Part shown: in pieces, positions 9,547 through 18,537 of the stretch
Numbering within the stretch: the stretch's first letter is position 1
Layout: each line of letters starts with the position of its first letter
Source: Myxococcales bacterium
Lineage (GTDB): Bacteria; Myxococcota; Myxococcia; Myxococcales; UBA5297
Reading direction: 5' to 3'
NCBI GenBank assembly: GCA_031552145.1
Contig: JAVBMV010000007.1
Location: 34,486-98,485, forward strand
Length of the DNA: 64,000 nucleotides
Notes under the pieces: generated by a model
What the model was told of the DNA's origin: nothing
What the model saw: only the letters and a program-made list of their open reading frames with translations
Database searches by the model: none
Program-made: the position numbers and the translations under genes

Positions 9547-9945
9547 ATGCGAACGTTGAAGATTGGCGAGGTCGCTCGCTTGGCAGGCGTCGGAATCGAC
9601 ACAGTCCGCTACTACGAGCGTCGCGGCCTTCTTCCGATGCCCGAGCGTCGGCCTTCAGGGTACCGGCTCTATCGTGAATCGAGCGTCGAACGGCTGAAGG
9701 CAGTGAAGGACCTTCAGGCGCTGGGCCTGACGTTGGACGAGATCGCGGGGCTCGTCGATGCTGTCGTCGATCGTGGCGCGGGGTGCCTCGAGGTCCAGGA
9801 GGAGCTCCAATCCGCTCTCGGGAGGGTTGAGACCAGGATCACGGCCCTTCAGGCAATCCGGAAGCAACTGAAGGCGGCGCTCGGGCGCTGCACGTCCGGC
9901 ACCTGCGACTTGGCCGATCGGGTGAAACGGTCCGCGCGGAGGTAG
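9547..9945 (+). CDS. MerR-family heavy-metal-responsive transcriptional regulator
   Basis: MRTLKIGEVARLAGVGIDTVRYYERRGLLPMPERRPSGYRLY... with C-terminal Cys residues (GAGCLEV, GRCTSGTCDL). It is divergent from the efflux operon. Confidence 0.9.
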   Translation: MRTLKIGEVARLAGVGIDTVRYYERRGLLPMPERRPSGYRLYRESSVERLKAVKDLQALGLTLDEIAGLVDAVVDRGAGCLEVQEELQSALGRVETRITALQAIRKQLKAALGRCTSGTCDLADRVKRSARR

Positions 9946-10097
9946 CACGCCCGGAGGTGTTGCCCGGCCCCCCAAGGGACGGCACACCTGGGAGTGGGGA
10001 CAGGCAGGACAACCGGGGGACAGATGCTCTGTCCCGCATCTTCCAAAGCAATTTCAGCCACTTAGATATAGGTCTCTTATGCAGGACAGCTTTTTGA

Positions 10098-10769
10098 AAG
10101 CAGGTCTACGAGGCAGTCTCTCGAGGGGTATACCGCCTCGTGTCGCTCGAGCCGCTCGCACACCCGGACCTCGTCACGGTGGCGAAGCGCGTCCCGCAGG
10201 GTGTGCTCTGTCTCATCTCGACGCTCTCGTTCCATGAACTGACGACGCAGGTGCCGCACATGACCGACATCGCGCTCGAGAACCTCGAGCGCGTTATCCG
10301 CGAGGTGTGCGCCGCCGATGTAGAGGCCGACGGCATGGAGTTCGATCCGGCCACAGTGAAGACCGAGCGCATCAAGGAGGACGCAGACTACGAGGGCGTG
10401 CGTGTCCGATTCGTCGGCCTGCTCGGCAAGGCGCGCGTCGCGATGCAGATCGATGTCGGGTTCGGCGATGTCATCACGCCGGGCGCGCAGGACATCACCT
10501 ATCCGGTGCTGCTCGACTTCCTCGCGCCCGCGCTCTCGGGATACCCCCGCGAGACTGTTGTCGCCGAGAAGTTTCAGGCGATGGTCTACCTGAGCACGCT
10601 GAACAGCCGCATGAAGGACTTCTACGACGTGTGGCTGCTCGCGAGGCAGTTCGCTTTTGATGGCGCACTGCTCGCAAAGGCCATCGCCGCCACCTTCGCA
10701 AACCGCGAGACCGCGATCGACGTCGCGCCGATCGCGTTCACCCCGAAGTTCACCGAGCAGCGTCTATAG
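10098..10769 (+). pseudogene. AbiEi antitoxin fragment fused in frame to the C-terminal part of an AbiEii/AbiGii nucleotidyltransferase toxin (deletion remnant)
   Basis: The reading frame gives ...RGVYRLVSLEPLAHPDLVTVAKRVPQGVLCLISTLSFHELTTQVPH (AbiEi-like). It runs directly into ...DGMEFDPATVKTERIKEDADYEGVRVRFVGLLGKARVAMQIDVGFGDVITPG...YPRETVVAEKFQAMVYLSTLNSRMKDFYDVWLL (AbiEii-like). The AbiEi N-terminal wHTH and the AbiEii N-terminal NTase motif are missing. Confidence 0.6.
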
Positions 10770-10823
10770 GTACGACGCGATGGGGGACTTGACGGCCTAG
10801 TACGAATGTCCTAGTCTGGCTTC

Positions 10824-11444
10824 ATGAGCTCTGTGACGAAGGACGAAATTCTCCAAGCAGCCCAGGCGCTCTTCCTGCAGAAGGGGCTCGAGAGCGTCGG
10901 GATGCGCGATATTTCTCAGGTGTTGGGGATCAGTGTTGGCAACCTGACCTACCATTTCAATAAGAAGGAAACGCTAATCGAAGAAGTCGTGACGCGCATG
11001 TTCGCCAGATATCAGCGCTTTCCCGCAGCATGCACCCTACAGACGCTGGACGAGTGGCTTGGGTTGCTCGAGAACCTGGTGGTGGAGAACGCGCTCTACT
11101 TTCGAGATTTTGCGCTTTTTGCCAGGCTGAGCGAGAAGGTGAGAGAGATCCAACTGTACGTCTGTAAGGACAACGACCGGTTTTGGGCGGAAACGTTTTC
11201 GCTGCTAATCGATGCCAAACTGGTGCAGCCAGAAGGTTTTCGGGGTCACCACCAACGCGTATGGCGAACACTGCACTTCATGAAGAATCACTGGGGCCAA
11301 CGCCAGGCTGCGGAGAAGAACCTTGGAGAGCCCCCTTCCAGTTATCGCATTGAGGCGTGGGCGTTGCTGTTCCCCCTTCTGACCGAGGAGGGGCAGGCCG
11401 TATACCTGAATAAAATCCGACGGCGAAAGAGAGGGCGGACATGA
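10824..11444 (+). CDS. TetR/AcrR-family transcriptional regulator
   Basis: ...KDEILQAAQALFLQKGLESVGMRDISQVLGISVGNLTYHFNKKETL... Confidence 0.9.
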   Translation: MSSVTKDEILQAAQALFLQKGLESVGMRDISQVLGISVGNLTYHFNKKETLIEEVVTRMFARYQRFPAACTLQTLDEWLGLLENLVVENALYFRDFALFARLSEKVREIQLYVCKDNDRFWAETFSLLIDAKLVQPEGFRGHHQRVWRTLHFMKNHWGQRQAAEKNLGEPPSSYRIEAWALLFPLLTEEGQAVYLNKIRRRKRGRT

Positions 11445-11917
11445 GCACCCCCATGAAGGAGGCCAGACGATTCTTTCCAGTTCCATTCGTGTTTGTTTTG
11501 ATCAGTCTGCTCGCGAGCTGCGTTGCTCATGAACAGCCCCATGCGCGGATCGAGAGGATGAATTATGAAAAGCTGGGTCCGCCGCTAGGGACGATCTCTC
11601 AAGCGGTCAGACATGGGAACGTCCTGTATGTCTCCGGAATGACAGCGCACGGTACCCCAGCACAGGGCAAAGGCATGGCTGAGCAGGCCTCAGAGGTATG
11701 GAAGAAAATTAGGATGATCGCGGAAGCTGAAGGCGCCGATCTGCGGTCTCTGGTCAAGGTGACGATGTTCGTTACAGACATGTCCCAAGCCTCGGTCCTA
11801 AGAGAAGAACTGCTTCGCCAATATGCTGGTCGGCCTCCTGCCAGTGCCTTGGTGGAGGTGAGCCGTCTGTTTTCGCCTGACGCTGTCGTGGAGATTGAGG
11901 CCATTTTTGGCCTATGA
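11441..11917 (+). CDS. RidA/YjgF/UK114-family protein with a lipoprotein signal
   Basis: It has an ATGA overlap with the tetR stop. The leader is ...FVFVLISLLASCVAHE. The body reads ...AVRHGNVLYVSGMTA...VKVTMFVTDM...ASALVEVSRL...VEIEAIF. Confidence 0.8.
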   Translation: MSTPMKEARRFFPVPFVFVLISLLASCVAHEQPHARIERMNYEKLGPPLGTISQAVRHGNVLYVSGMTAHGTPAQGKGMAEQASEVWKKIRMIAEAEGADLRSLVKVTMFVTDMSQASVLREELLRQYAGRPPASALVEVSRLFSPDAVVEIEAIFGL

Positions 11918-11938
11918 GCGCAGCAATAGGAGGAAGAC

Positions 11939-12721
11939 ATGATTCGATGGATTCTGTGTATCGCGCTGCTCGCCGCAGGGGTGTTGATCGGCGTACGGGC
12001 GTTTTGGACCTCCAGCAGCCTGGCCGTGGGGGCGCCGATTGTCGCGATGGAGCTCATCGAGATGCCCGCGCAGGACATTGACGGCTTTGTCGCGGACTGG
12101 AACAAGCACGCGGCGGTCATAAGGCAAGCTCCCGGCCATATTACCACGACGCTCTATCGGTCGTTGTTGGCGGGGGTTCGGTACCAGCTGATCCAGATCG
12201 CTCAATGGCAATCACTCGATGCATGGGCGAACTCGCAGGGAGAAAAGAGCGCGTCGACCGCGATCTATCGGCCCGCCGCATGGTCGACCAATACGTATGC
12301 GGATTTGGCTGCCCACGAGGCCCACGAGCGGCGCAAGCCATTGGAACGGGTTCAGAAGGATCCCGAGATTACGTTTCCCGAGTGGCCGTTTATGTTTATC
12401 AACCTGATGGAGATAAACCCATCAGAGGTCGATTCGTTCGTCTCGGACTGGCGGATACGCTCGAAGGTCATGGGCCAGATGCCGGCCGCCATGGGCTCTA
12501 CGCTGTATCGTTCGGTACATCCCGACCAGAGGTTCCAGATCGTGAACGTGAGTCAATGGCAGTCCTACGACGGGTTCATCGATGCAAATAACAACCCGGA
12601 CTACGCTGAGAAATTGGAATCCGACCTGGGGCATGTGCCCAGCATCAAGCTCCTGCGAGGATTCTATCGCCCCGTTGCCACTCAGACGCATACCTATGGA
12701 GACGCCCGTGAAGACAAATAG
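11939..12721 (+). CDS. Membrane-anchored protein with two ABM (dimeric alpha-beta barrel monooxygenase-like) domains
   Basis: It has the N-terminal hydrophobic MIRWILCIALLAAGVLIGV. Two similar modules follow: ...ELIEMPAQDIDGFVADWNKH...LIQIAQWQSLDAW and ...INLMEINPSEVDSFVSDWRIR...IVNVSQWQSYDGF. Confidence 0.65.
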   Translation: MIRWILCIALLAAGVLIGVRAFWTSSSLAVGAPIVAMELIEMPAQDIDGFVADWNKHAAVIRQAPGHITTTLYRSLLAGVRYQLIQIAQWQSLDAWANSQGEKSASTAIYRPAAWSTNTYADLAAHEAHERRKPLERVQKDPEITFPEWPFMFINLMEINPSEVDSFVSDWRIRSKVMGQMPAAMGSTLYRSVHPDQRFQIVNVSQWQSYDGFIDANNNPDYAEKLESDLGHVPSIKLLRGFYRPVATQTHTYGDAREDK

Positions 12722-13817
12722 TTCAGCCACGAGAGCCTTCGCCATCGCGCTGGTCGCCTTGGCCGGCGTCCCGCTGGCATGCCGACCCACTGAGTCGGGC
12801 AGGAGCCCCGAAAAGATGAAAATCATCACAGTCGAAGAGCATTTTCTCAATGCGACCATCACAGACGCGACTCGTGATGAGGTCGATAAGATCGCGCCCA
12901 GCCATGCCCGTGCATTCGTCGCGAACTTCGGCACCCGCCAGACGATGCAGCCGGGTCAGTTGACCGATATCGGAGCGGGAAGAATTGCGAGCATGGATGC
13001 AAATGGCATCGACGTGCAGATGCTATCGTACAACGCTCCAGCCACGGAGTTGCTGCCGTCGCCGCTCGCCGTGGAAATGGCCCGGCAGGCCAACGATCAG
13101 CTCGCTGCGGCGACCGTGGCCTACGCGGGCCGGTTCCTGGGATTCGCCAGTCTACCTCTGTCCGATCCCGAGGCAGCGGCGGCGGAATTGAAGAGATGTG
13201 TTCGGGAGTTGGGGTTCAAGGGTGGCATGATCAATGGGACGGCGCATGGGCGCTTTCTGGATGCCCCGGAGTTCGAGGTGCTCTTCGCTGCGGCTGCCGA
13301 GCTGGACGTCCCGCTCTATTTCCATCCATCGATCATCAACTCGCAGGTGCGGGAGGCCTATTACAATAACGCCGACCCCGCGTTCGCCGCGCGATTCGCT
13401 TCGGCGGGAATCGGCTGGCATCTCGAGGTGGGGATCCATGTGATGAGGCTGGTCTTCGCGGGCGTATTTGATCGCCACCCTGACCTGCAAATCATCCTGG
13501 GTCACTGGGGAGAGATGCTTCCGTATTACATGGATCGCATCAATACGTTCTTCCCAGCATCGGCGTCGCCCATGAAGAAGGACTTCAAGCATTACATGCT
13601 CAACAATATCTACATTACGCCTAGTGGCATGTTCAATTTGCCTCAGCTCCAGTTCGCCCTTCAGACCGTGGGGGCGGACCGGATTATGTATTCTGCCGAC
13701 TATCCTTACTATCCCAACGAAGGCGCGCGAGCGTTCTTGGAAAATGCGCCCATTAGTCAAGCTGACAAAGAAAAAATTGCCCATGGCAATGCGGAGAGAC
13801 TGTTCAAGCTGAAATAG
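12696..13817 (+). CDS. Amidohydrolase_2 (ACMSD/LigW-type decarboxylase/hydratase family) with a lipoprotein-like signal
   Basis: The internal ATG at 12696 gives METPVKTNSSATRAFAIALVALAGVPLACRP.... This is followed by KIITVEEHF..., ...LYFHPS..., ...ILGHWGEMLPY... and ...IMYSADYPY.... Confidence 0.8.
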   Translation: METPVKTNSSATRAFAIALVALAGVPLACRPTESGRSPEKMKIITVEEHFLNATITDATRDEVDKIAPSHARAFVANFGTRQTMQPGQLTDIGAGRIASMDANGIDVQMLSYNAPATELLPSPLAVEMARQANDQLAAATVAYAGRFLGFASLPLSDPEAAAAELKRCVRELGFKGGMINGTAHGRFLDAPEFEVLFAAAAELDVPLYFHPSIINSQVREAYYNNADPAFAARFASAGIGWHLEVGIHVMRLVFAGVFDRHPDLQIILGHWGEMLPYYMDRINTFFPASASPMKKDFKHYMLNNIYITPSGMFNLPQLQFALQTVGADRIMYSADYPYYPNEGARAFLENAPISQADKEKIAHGNAERLFKLK

Positions 13818-14049
13818 CAGCGCAGCGATTCAACAGGCAGCGAATCTCAAGGAGATGGCTATGAGACGGATGACACGAACGGTGGAGCGGGCGATGGGGT
13901 TCGGGTTGTTGAGCGTGGCACCTTCCCGCAAGCAGCGCACGCCCCAGCAGTCCAGGGGGTGGGCAAGAGCCCGAAGAAATAGAGTGATTGAGGTGCTCGT
14001 CCGTGCCGTCCGTGCTCGTCCTTGTAGTTGCTTCTACGGAGATTCCAAA

Positions 14050-14754
14050 ATGAAAGCTCAGACTTTTCTTGCCCTGATTCTTCTGTCGATCCTCTCCGCA
14101 TCGTGCGCCGGCAATTCGAACATAGTCGCCGACAACTCGATCTTGAAACGGCCCGTGGCCAACACCTCTCAGACCATCATCGAGAAAGCCAACGTCCGAG
14201 AGCTTATCGAGTTCGAGCGCTTCAGCCGTGACAGCGGACTCTGGGACGAGATGAAAGGCTGTTACGCCGACAACTCCCGCGTGAATATCTCCTGGTTTCA
14301 GGGGACCGGGCACGGGTTTGTCGATGCGACCGCGGCCTTGCAAGGCATGCCCTCTGCCCACAAAATCTACAGCACCGAGATTTGGCTCAATGGAGGGAAG
14401 GCGGTAGCTATCATGCAGGCCAACGTCCAGATGCGCTATGTGATCGACCGGATTCCGGTTGAGCTCAAGTCCGACGTCAAGTTGATCTTCCGCACGCAGA
14501 AGATCGATGGTCGATGGTACATCGTCCACTTCGAGTCCATCTACGAGAAGGACATGGTCGCGCCCATCTTCCCGACCAACGATCTCAACATCCCGGTGGA
14601 CGAGATCGCAAAGCTCCGTTCAAGCTACGGGAGCATGATCTATCTGGCCACGAAACACGGTATCAAGGTCGACGAGAACCTCGCCGGGACCGACAGGCCC
14701 GACTTGGTCGAGAAATTGTATCGGGCGACCAACGAGTGGTTCACGCAGGAGTAG
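14050..14754 (+). CDS. SnoaL/NTF2-like fold lipoprotein
   Basis: The ATG at 14050 follows ggag and gives MKAQTFLALILLSILSASCAGN... The body ...RELIEFERFSRDSGLWDEMKGCYADNSRVNISWFQG...GRWYIVHFESIYEKD... resembles SnoaL_4-type proteins. Confidence 0.6.
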   Translation: MKAQTFLALILLSILSASCAGNSNIVADNSILKRPVANTSQTIIEKANVRELIEFERFSRDSGLWDEMKGCYADNSRVNISWFQGTGHGFVDATAALQGMPSAHKIYSTEIWLNGGKAVAIMQANVQMRYVIDRIPVELKSDVKLIFRTQKIDGRWYIVHFESIYEKDMVAPIFPTNDLNIPVDEIAKLRSSYGSMIYLATKHGIKVDENLAGTDRPDLVEKLYRATNEWFTQE

Positions 14755-14763
14755 GGGGGCGAT

Positions 14764-15030
14764 ATGAGCTTGTCCGTGAGAGAGATGCTGCAGACGTCTG
14801 ACGAGCTGAAGAGGAATCTAGAGATCTCCGGCCTGTCAGATGCCGAGGTGCGAGCGGCCTTGGGGTTCACTCAGCAGAGGTACGAGAGATCGCTTACTCT
14901 TTCCAGCGTCCATGACCCGACCGACGTGTGGCGCCTGAGGGATTATCTGGAGAAACGGATTCTCGAGCAGGGTAGGAGGCCCCACCCCTACAGCAAGCTG
15001 ATCTCCAATATCTGGTACCGATACGACTGA
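14764..15030 (+). CDS. DUF2316-family small protein
   Basis: MSLSVREMLQTSDELKRNLEISGLSDAEV...DVWRLRDYLEKRILEQGRRPHPYSKL...W matches my recollection of the DUF2316 pattern. Confidence 0.55.
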   Translation: MSLSVREMLQTSDELKRNLEISGLSDAEVRAALGFTQQRYERSLTLSSVHDPTDVWRLRDYLEKRILEQGRRPHPYSKLISNIWYRYD

Positions 15031-15048
15031 GGACCCGGGAGCTTCCGT

Positions 15049-16083
15049 ATGTGCATGACTAAGAGGCTGCTGCTCGTGGCGCTGGCATTCATGATGCCAA
15101 CTGTCGGGCGCGCGCAGACTATTCTGAAATACACAGATCATGAGCCGTTGGGTGGAATGCGGACGCGCTTCATTCAAGACGTCCTTTTCCCAGCCATCGA
15201 AAAGGAGTCCAAGGGACGCCTGAAAGTCGACGCGCATTGGGATGGCGAGATCGGGACCGGATACCAGGCGCTCGGGAAGATTGGCAAGGAGCGCGCAGCC
15301 GACATGGGCATTGTTGTCCCAGAATATGCTCCCAAGGAACTCCCGCTGCAGCAGCTCTTCAAGAGCTTCCCGGTCGGCCCTGTCGAGAGCAAACAACTTT
15401 CGTTTTTCCGACGCGCCTATGCGGAGGTGGCCGCCTTTCCAGCCGAACTGGAGAAAGAAAACGTCGTACCGTTGTTTTTCGCCACGGGCTTCCCTGTGGC
15501 CTTCTTTAGCGCGCTGCCCCTCGACACCCTAAAAGACATCAAGGGCGAGACCTGGCGTTCGGCGAGCTTCTGGCATCAGGGCTTCTTGAAAAACGCCGGG
15601 GCCACGCCCGTGTCCATGCCCTGGGGAACGGAGACCTTCAATGCCCTGCGGGCCAAGACCTTGGACGGGCTCATGGTCAACGTAGACAGCGGGTATGCGC
15701 TCAAGGCCCATGAGCTCGCTCCGAATGTGCTTCTATCCAAGAGCCTGTGGCTGGGGCATGTGTACATTTTGGTGATGAATCGGGACACATGGGGTGGTCT
15801 GGCGAAGGAAGACCAGCAGGCCATCCAGCGCGCCGCGAAGAAAGCATACAAGGTTCTCGGTACCCTGATGGAGAGCAGCTGGAATACCCAGATCGAGGCG
15901 CTGAAGAATGGGGGCGCGAGGGTTCGGGTCTTGTCCCAGGGCGAGGTCACTCGGTGGGAGCGTGCCACGAAGTATCGAGAGCTACAGACGGCTTGGGTGA
16001 AAGAGCAGGAAGAGAAGGGGCTGAAGGGTGCCGCCGTGGCCCTGAAAAAGGTCAGGGAGCTTTTGAACAGCGCAATGAGGTAG
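15049..16083 (+). CDS. TRAP-transporter (DctP-like) periplasmic solute-binding protein, orphan (no DctQ/M nearby)
   Basis: It has the signal MCMTKRLLLVALAFMMPTVGRAQT. The body reads ...LKYTDHEPLGGMRTRFIQDVLFPAIEKESKGRLKVDAHWDGEIG.... Confidence 0.6.
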   Translation: MCMTKRLLLVALAFMMPTVGRAQTILKYTDHEPLGGMRTRFIQDVLFPAIEKESKGRLKVDAHWDGEIGTGYQALGKIGKERAADMGIVVPEYAPKELPLQQLFKSFPVGPVESKQLSFFRRAYAEVAAFPAELEKENVVPLFFATGFPVAFFSALPLDTLKDIKGETWRSASFWHQGFLKNAGATPVSMPWGTETFNALRAKTLDGLMVNVDSGYALKAHELAPNVLLSKSLWLGHVYILVMNRDTWGGLAKEDQQAIQRAAKKAYKVLGTLMESSWNTQIEALKNGGARVRVLSQGEVTRWERATKYRELQTAWVKEQEEKGLKGAAVALKKVRELLNSAMR

Positions 16084-16411
16084 TGTTCATGTTTGGAAAG
16101 GAGCCGTATACATGGATAAGAGAATCATGCTGATCACGGGGGAGACAGGGGGCTAGGATCCTTGTGGGGTCGGTGTCGAGCTGGGTTGCGGCCTTCTCAA
16201 AAGGCTCTCGCCCATGACCGATCCGAAGACGCGATGGAATTGGTGGTACTCCGTGACCCGATGAGTCGCGAACTGTTGCACCTCTGGAGAGAAACGCGCT
16301 GCTCTCGCGAGCCTCTTCACCTCGAACTCCTGGCCAATGACGAGCACAAATCCGTCGAGCACGGGCGAGACGACGGCGAGATGGCGTACAAAGCCTCGGG
16401 TGGGCTGTCGG

Positions 16412-16726
16412 TCAACGACAAAGCAGCGCCTCGCAGTGCCGGACAACCGCTTGCAAGACATCATCAGGGCAGCAGGGGTCGGCCACAAAGAACCAGTAGT
16501 CGCCAAATTGGTTATTGATGGTGAACTGGTGGCCCCGGAAGGTGAAGTCGATCCATGTTTCGGTCACATCATCCGAGAGAAATCCTGTGATGGCCACTCC
16601 GCCGAGACCCGCGATGTGGTCACGCATCCGGTCGAACGAAGCGGATTCAGGAAGCTCCACGAACTGTCGAGAGCCGCCGTGCGTCAGGTGATTGAGCATT
16701 GTCTGTGGCTTGGAGCGGGTAGCCAT
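16412..16726 (-). CDS. Hypothetical small cytoplasmic protein (immunity-protein-like context)
   Basis: The internal ATG at 16726 gives MATRSKPQTMLNHLTHGGSRQFVELPESASFDRMRDHIAGLGG...FTINNQFGDYWFFVADPCCPDD... Only 2 nt separate this start from the stop codon of the upstream gene (16729-16731). Confidence 0.5.
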   Translation of the reverse strand: MATRSKPQTMLNHLTHGGSRQFVELPESASFDRMRDHIAGLGGVAITGFLSDDVTETWIDFTFRGHQFTINNQFGDYWFFVADPCCPDDVLQAVVRHCEALLCR

Positions 16727-16728
16727 GC

Positions 16729-17055
16729 CTACTGATCCACGGTGAAGACCACTGCCCTCCCAACCTCGGCAGCACGTTGGACAAACGAGCCGATGTAGTC
16801 GTCGCCCTTGCAAAGGTGTTGCCCGCCAAGGATGGCGCGGTGGAGGGGCGCTTCGCCACCGTCCCCGCCGAGGATGGCGTCAGACAAGGCTCCGTGGATC
16901 GCCTCCCACGCCTGGTCCGTCTCGGAGACGAAAGGCTGTTCCCACGCCTCCTCGACCTCTTCGAGGATCTCCGTCGGATCGCCGTCGTATGGCACGGCGA
17001 GCAGGGCCGCAACGGTCTCGTCAGTAGTTGCGAAGAGGACGCCTCGGCAGCTCAT
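16729..17055 (-). CDS. DUF1877 (YfbM-like) family protein
   Basis: The ATG at 17055 gives MSCRGVLFATTDETVAALLAVP...ETDQAWEAIHGALSDAILGGDGGEAPLHRAILGGQHL.... This matches the D-K/Q-AW-x-x-H-x-x-L/GG pattern of DUF1877. Confidence 0.55.
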   Translation of the reverse strand: MSCRGVLFATTDETVAALLAVPYDGDPTEILEEVEEAWEQPFVSETDQAWEAIHGALSDAILGGDGGEAPLHRAILGGQHLCKGDDYIGSFVQRAAEVGRAVVFTVDQ

Positions 17056-17385
17056 GGGGCCAGTATGGCGGTGGCGCGGGGTTGCTGTCCATGGCGGCAC
17101 CCTCCATCCACTGCCGATGCCCGATGAGGCTCTGGGGTGGTCTTACGGCGGGGGTGTCGAGCGGGGCAGCGGGAAGTGCGCCGGGCTTGAAGAGGAGAGA
17201 CGTGGCCGGTATGAGGTTGGGGATGGACCGCACGCTCAAGGTCAATACCGTGAAGTGCAGAACTTACTCCTTCTTTCGCCAGGGCCGCGCGTACTTGCGT
17301 GGCGCCATCGGAAAGCTCCGGAACGGCGATGCTGCTCTGTGGAACACCTTCAGACAACTCTTTTCCTCTCACCCAGAGTGCCGCA

Positions 17386-17694
17386 ATGACTACGCCATTC
17401 TTTGAGGGGATAACTCAGCCCGGCGACGCCGACGCCGCCCACGTTCAGCAGAAGCCGCGACTCTCCGAGCTGGATGCCGCCGCACAGAAGGCGCTGATCG
17501 TCGCCCTATTCAACTTCTTCATCCTCTTGCTGCCCGCGCTCTGGTCCACTCTCTTGCTGATGCGAGTCTGGAAGCAGCCAGGGCGATTGAGTCGCCGAGG
17601 ACAGCGGTTCGCCTTCCTCGCGCTCACAATCGACCTCTTCGCCTTGGCCATCGCCGCGCTTTTTGTCTACGCGATGAGTGGTGGCGCCCATTAA
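17386..17694 (+). CDS. Small two-TM membrane protein, hypothetical
   Basis: The ATG at 17386 gives MTTPFFEGITQPGD...ALIVALFNFFILLLPALWSTLLLMRVW...FAFLALTIDLFALAIAALFVYAM. Confidence 0.45.
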   Translation: MTTPFFEGITQPGDADAAHVQQKPRLSELDAAAQKALIVALFNFFILLLPALWSTLLLMRVWKQPGRLSRRGQRFAFLALTIDLFALAIAALFVYAMSGGAH

Positions 17695-17895
17695 TTGATC
17701 GGCGTGCTCCGCAATCAGGGACTCGTGCGAACTGCGGCCAAGCTACGTTTTCTGATGGGGTAGTGGTCCCACCCATAGCCCCCACACCATCTGGCTCCAG
17801 AGCGGCCTGCGCGAAGAGCGCCCATCCGAATTTCTCCTGACGCCTGGAAAGGCGAACATACGGCGTCTCCGGAAGAGCTGCTCTTCGTCCTCGCG

Positions 17896-18111
17896 GAGGG
17901 CGCCTCCGCGCGTCTTCACGACCTCGATCCCGAGACCTACCTGCGAGATATCTTCCGCGTCTTGGCTCATTGGCCGAAGGACCGTTGCCTCGAACTCGCC
18001 CCCAAGTACTGGGCCGCTACCCGCGCTTGTCTCGACCACGACCAGCTCGCCAACGAGTACGGGCCGCTCTCGATCCCGGCGCCGCTCCTCGGTGCGCAAA
18101 CCGCCTCGTAA
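17896..18111 (+). pseudogene. IS66-family transposase, C-terminal remnant only
   Basis: My own translation gives ...GASARLHDLDPETYLRDIFRVLAHWPKDRCLELAPKYWAATRACL...PLLGAQTAS*. This matches the conserved IS66 C-terminal motif (L.g.dP..YLrdv...i..hp..r..eL.P..W). No upstream DDE domain is present. Confidence 0.6.
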
Positions 18112-18172
18112 CGCGCGGCGCAGCAGCGCCTGCCGTGCGGCTCGGAAGTGGACCTCTGTGCAGGGTGCGGGG
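18079..18172. repeat. Left copy of a 94-bp inverted repeat (IS66 3'-end sequence); partner at 22857-22950
   Basis: By my manual alignment, the reverse complement of 18079-18172 matches 22857-22950 at 88/94 positions. Confidence 0.85.
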
Positions 18173-18537
18173 TTCGCCATGTCGCCCACTTTCGGTGATC
18201 AGCTCTGCACTGGGTAGACGTGGCTCGTGCAGCGGATACATTACGCCAGAAGCCTGCCACCGCTCGCATCTGGTCTTTCGAGGCTCCACGGGGAGTCGCT
18301 GGAATTCCTATGAAGGATCAAGGGCTTGCGCCCTGAACTGGTCTTGCACCATCCGAACGGAGAGTCGCCAGATGCAGCATGGGCGAGGACGACACACGGA
18401 TCGCGGAGCCATCGCTCCACTCAATCCGCGGCCGCGCCTCTTGGCAGCTTTCTTGACGCGACGGGCGCCTCACGCACCCCGGCGTCACGCCCCTGGACAA
18501 CTTCTCGAGAGCAGTCTCCCATCTGCGGGCAAAAAAG

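Noticed and set aside
10017-10035. The perfect 8-bp hairpin GGGACAGA-TGC-TCTGTCCC downstream of merR.
   Set aside because: It has a 3-nt loop and no following T-run. It is too weak to call a terminator, and such stems arise by chance in GC-rich DNA.
16153-16506. The 117-aa minus-strand ORF and the 118-aa plus-strand ORF (16162..16518) downstream of the small immunity-like genes.
   Set aside because: Neither has a recognisable motif or a convincing start and RBS. They overlap each other and the 3' end of the 16412-16726 gene, so coding status cannot be decided by eye.
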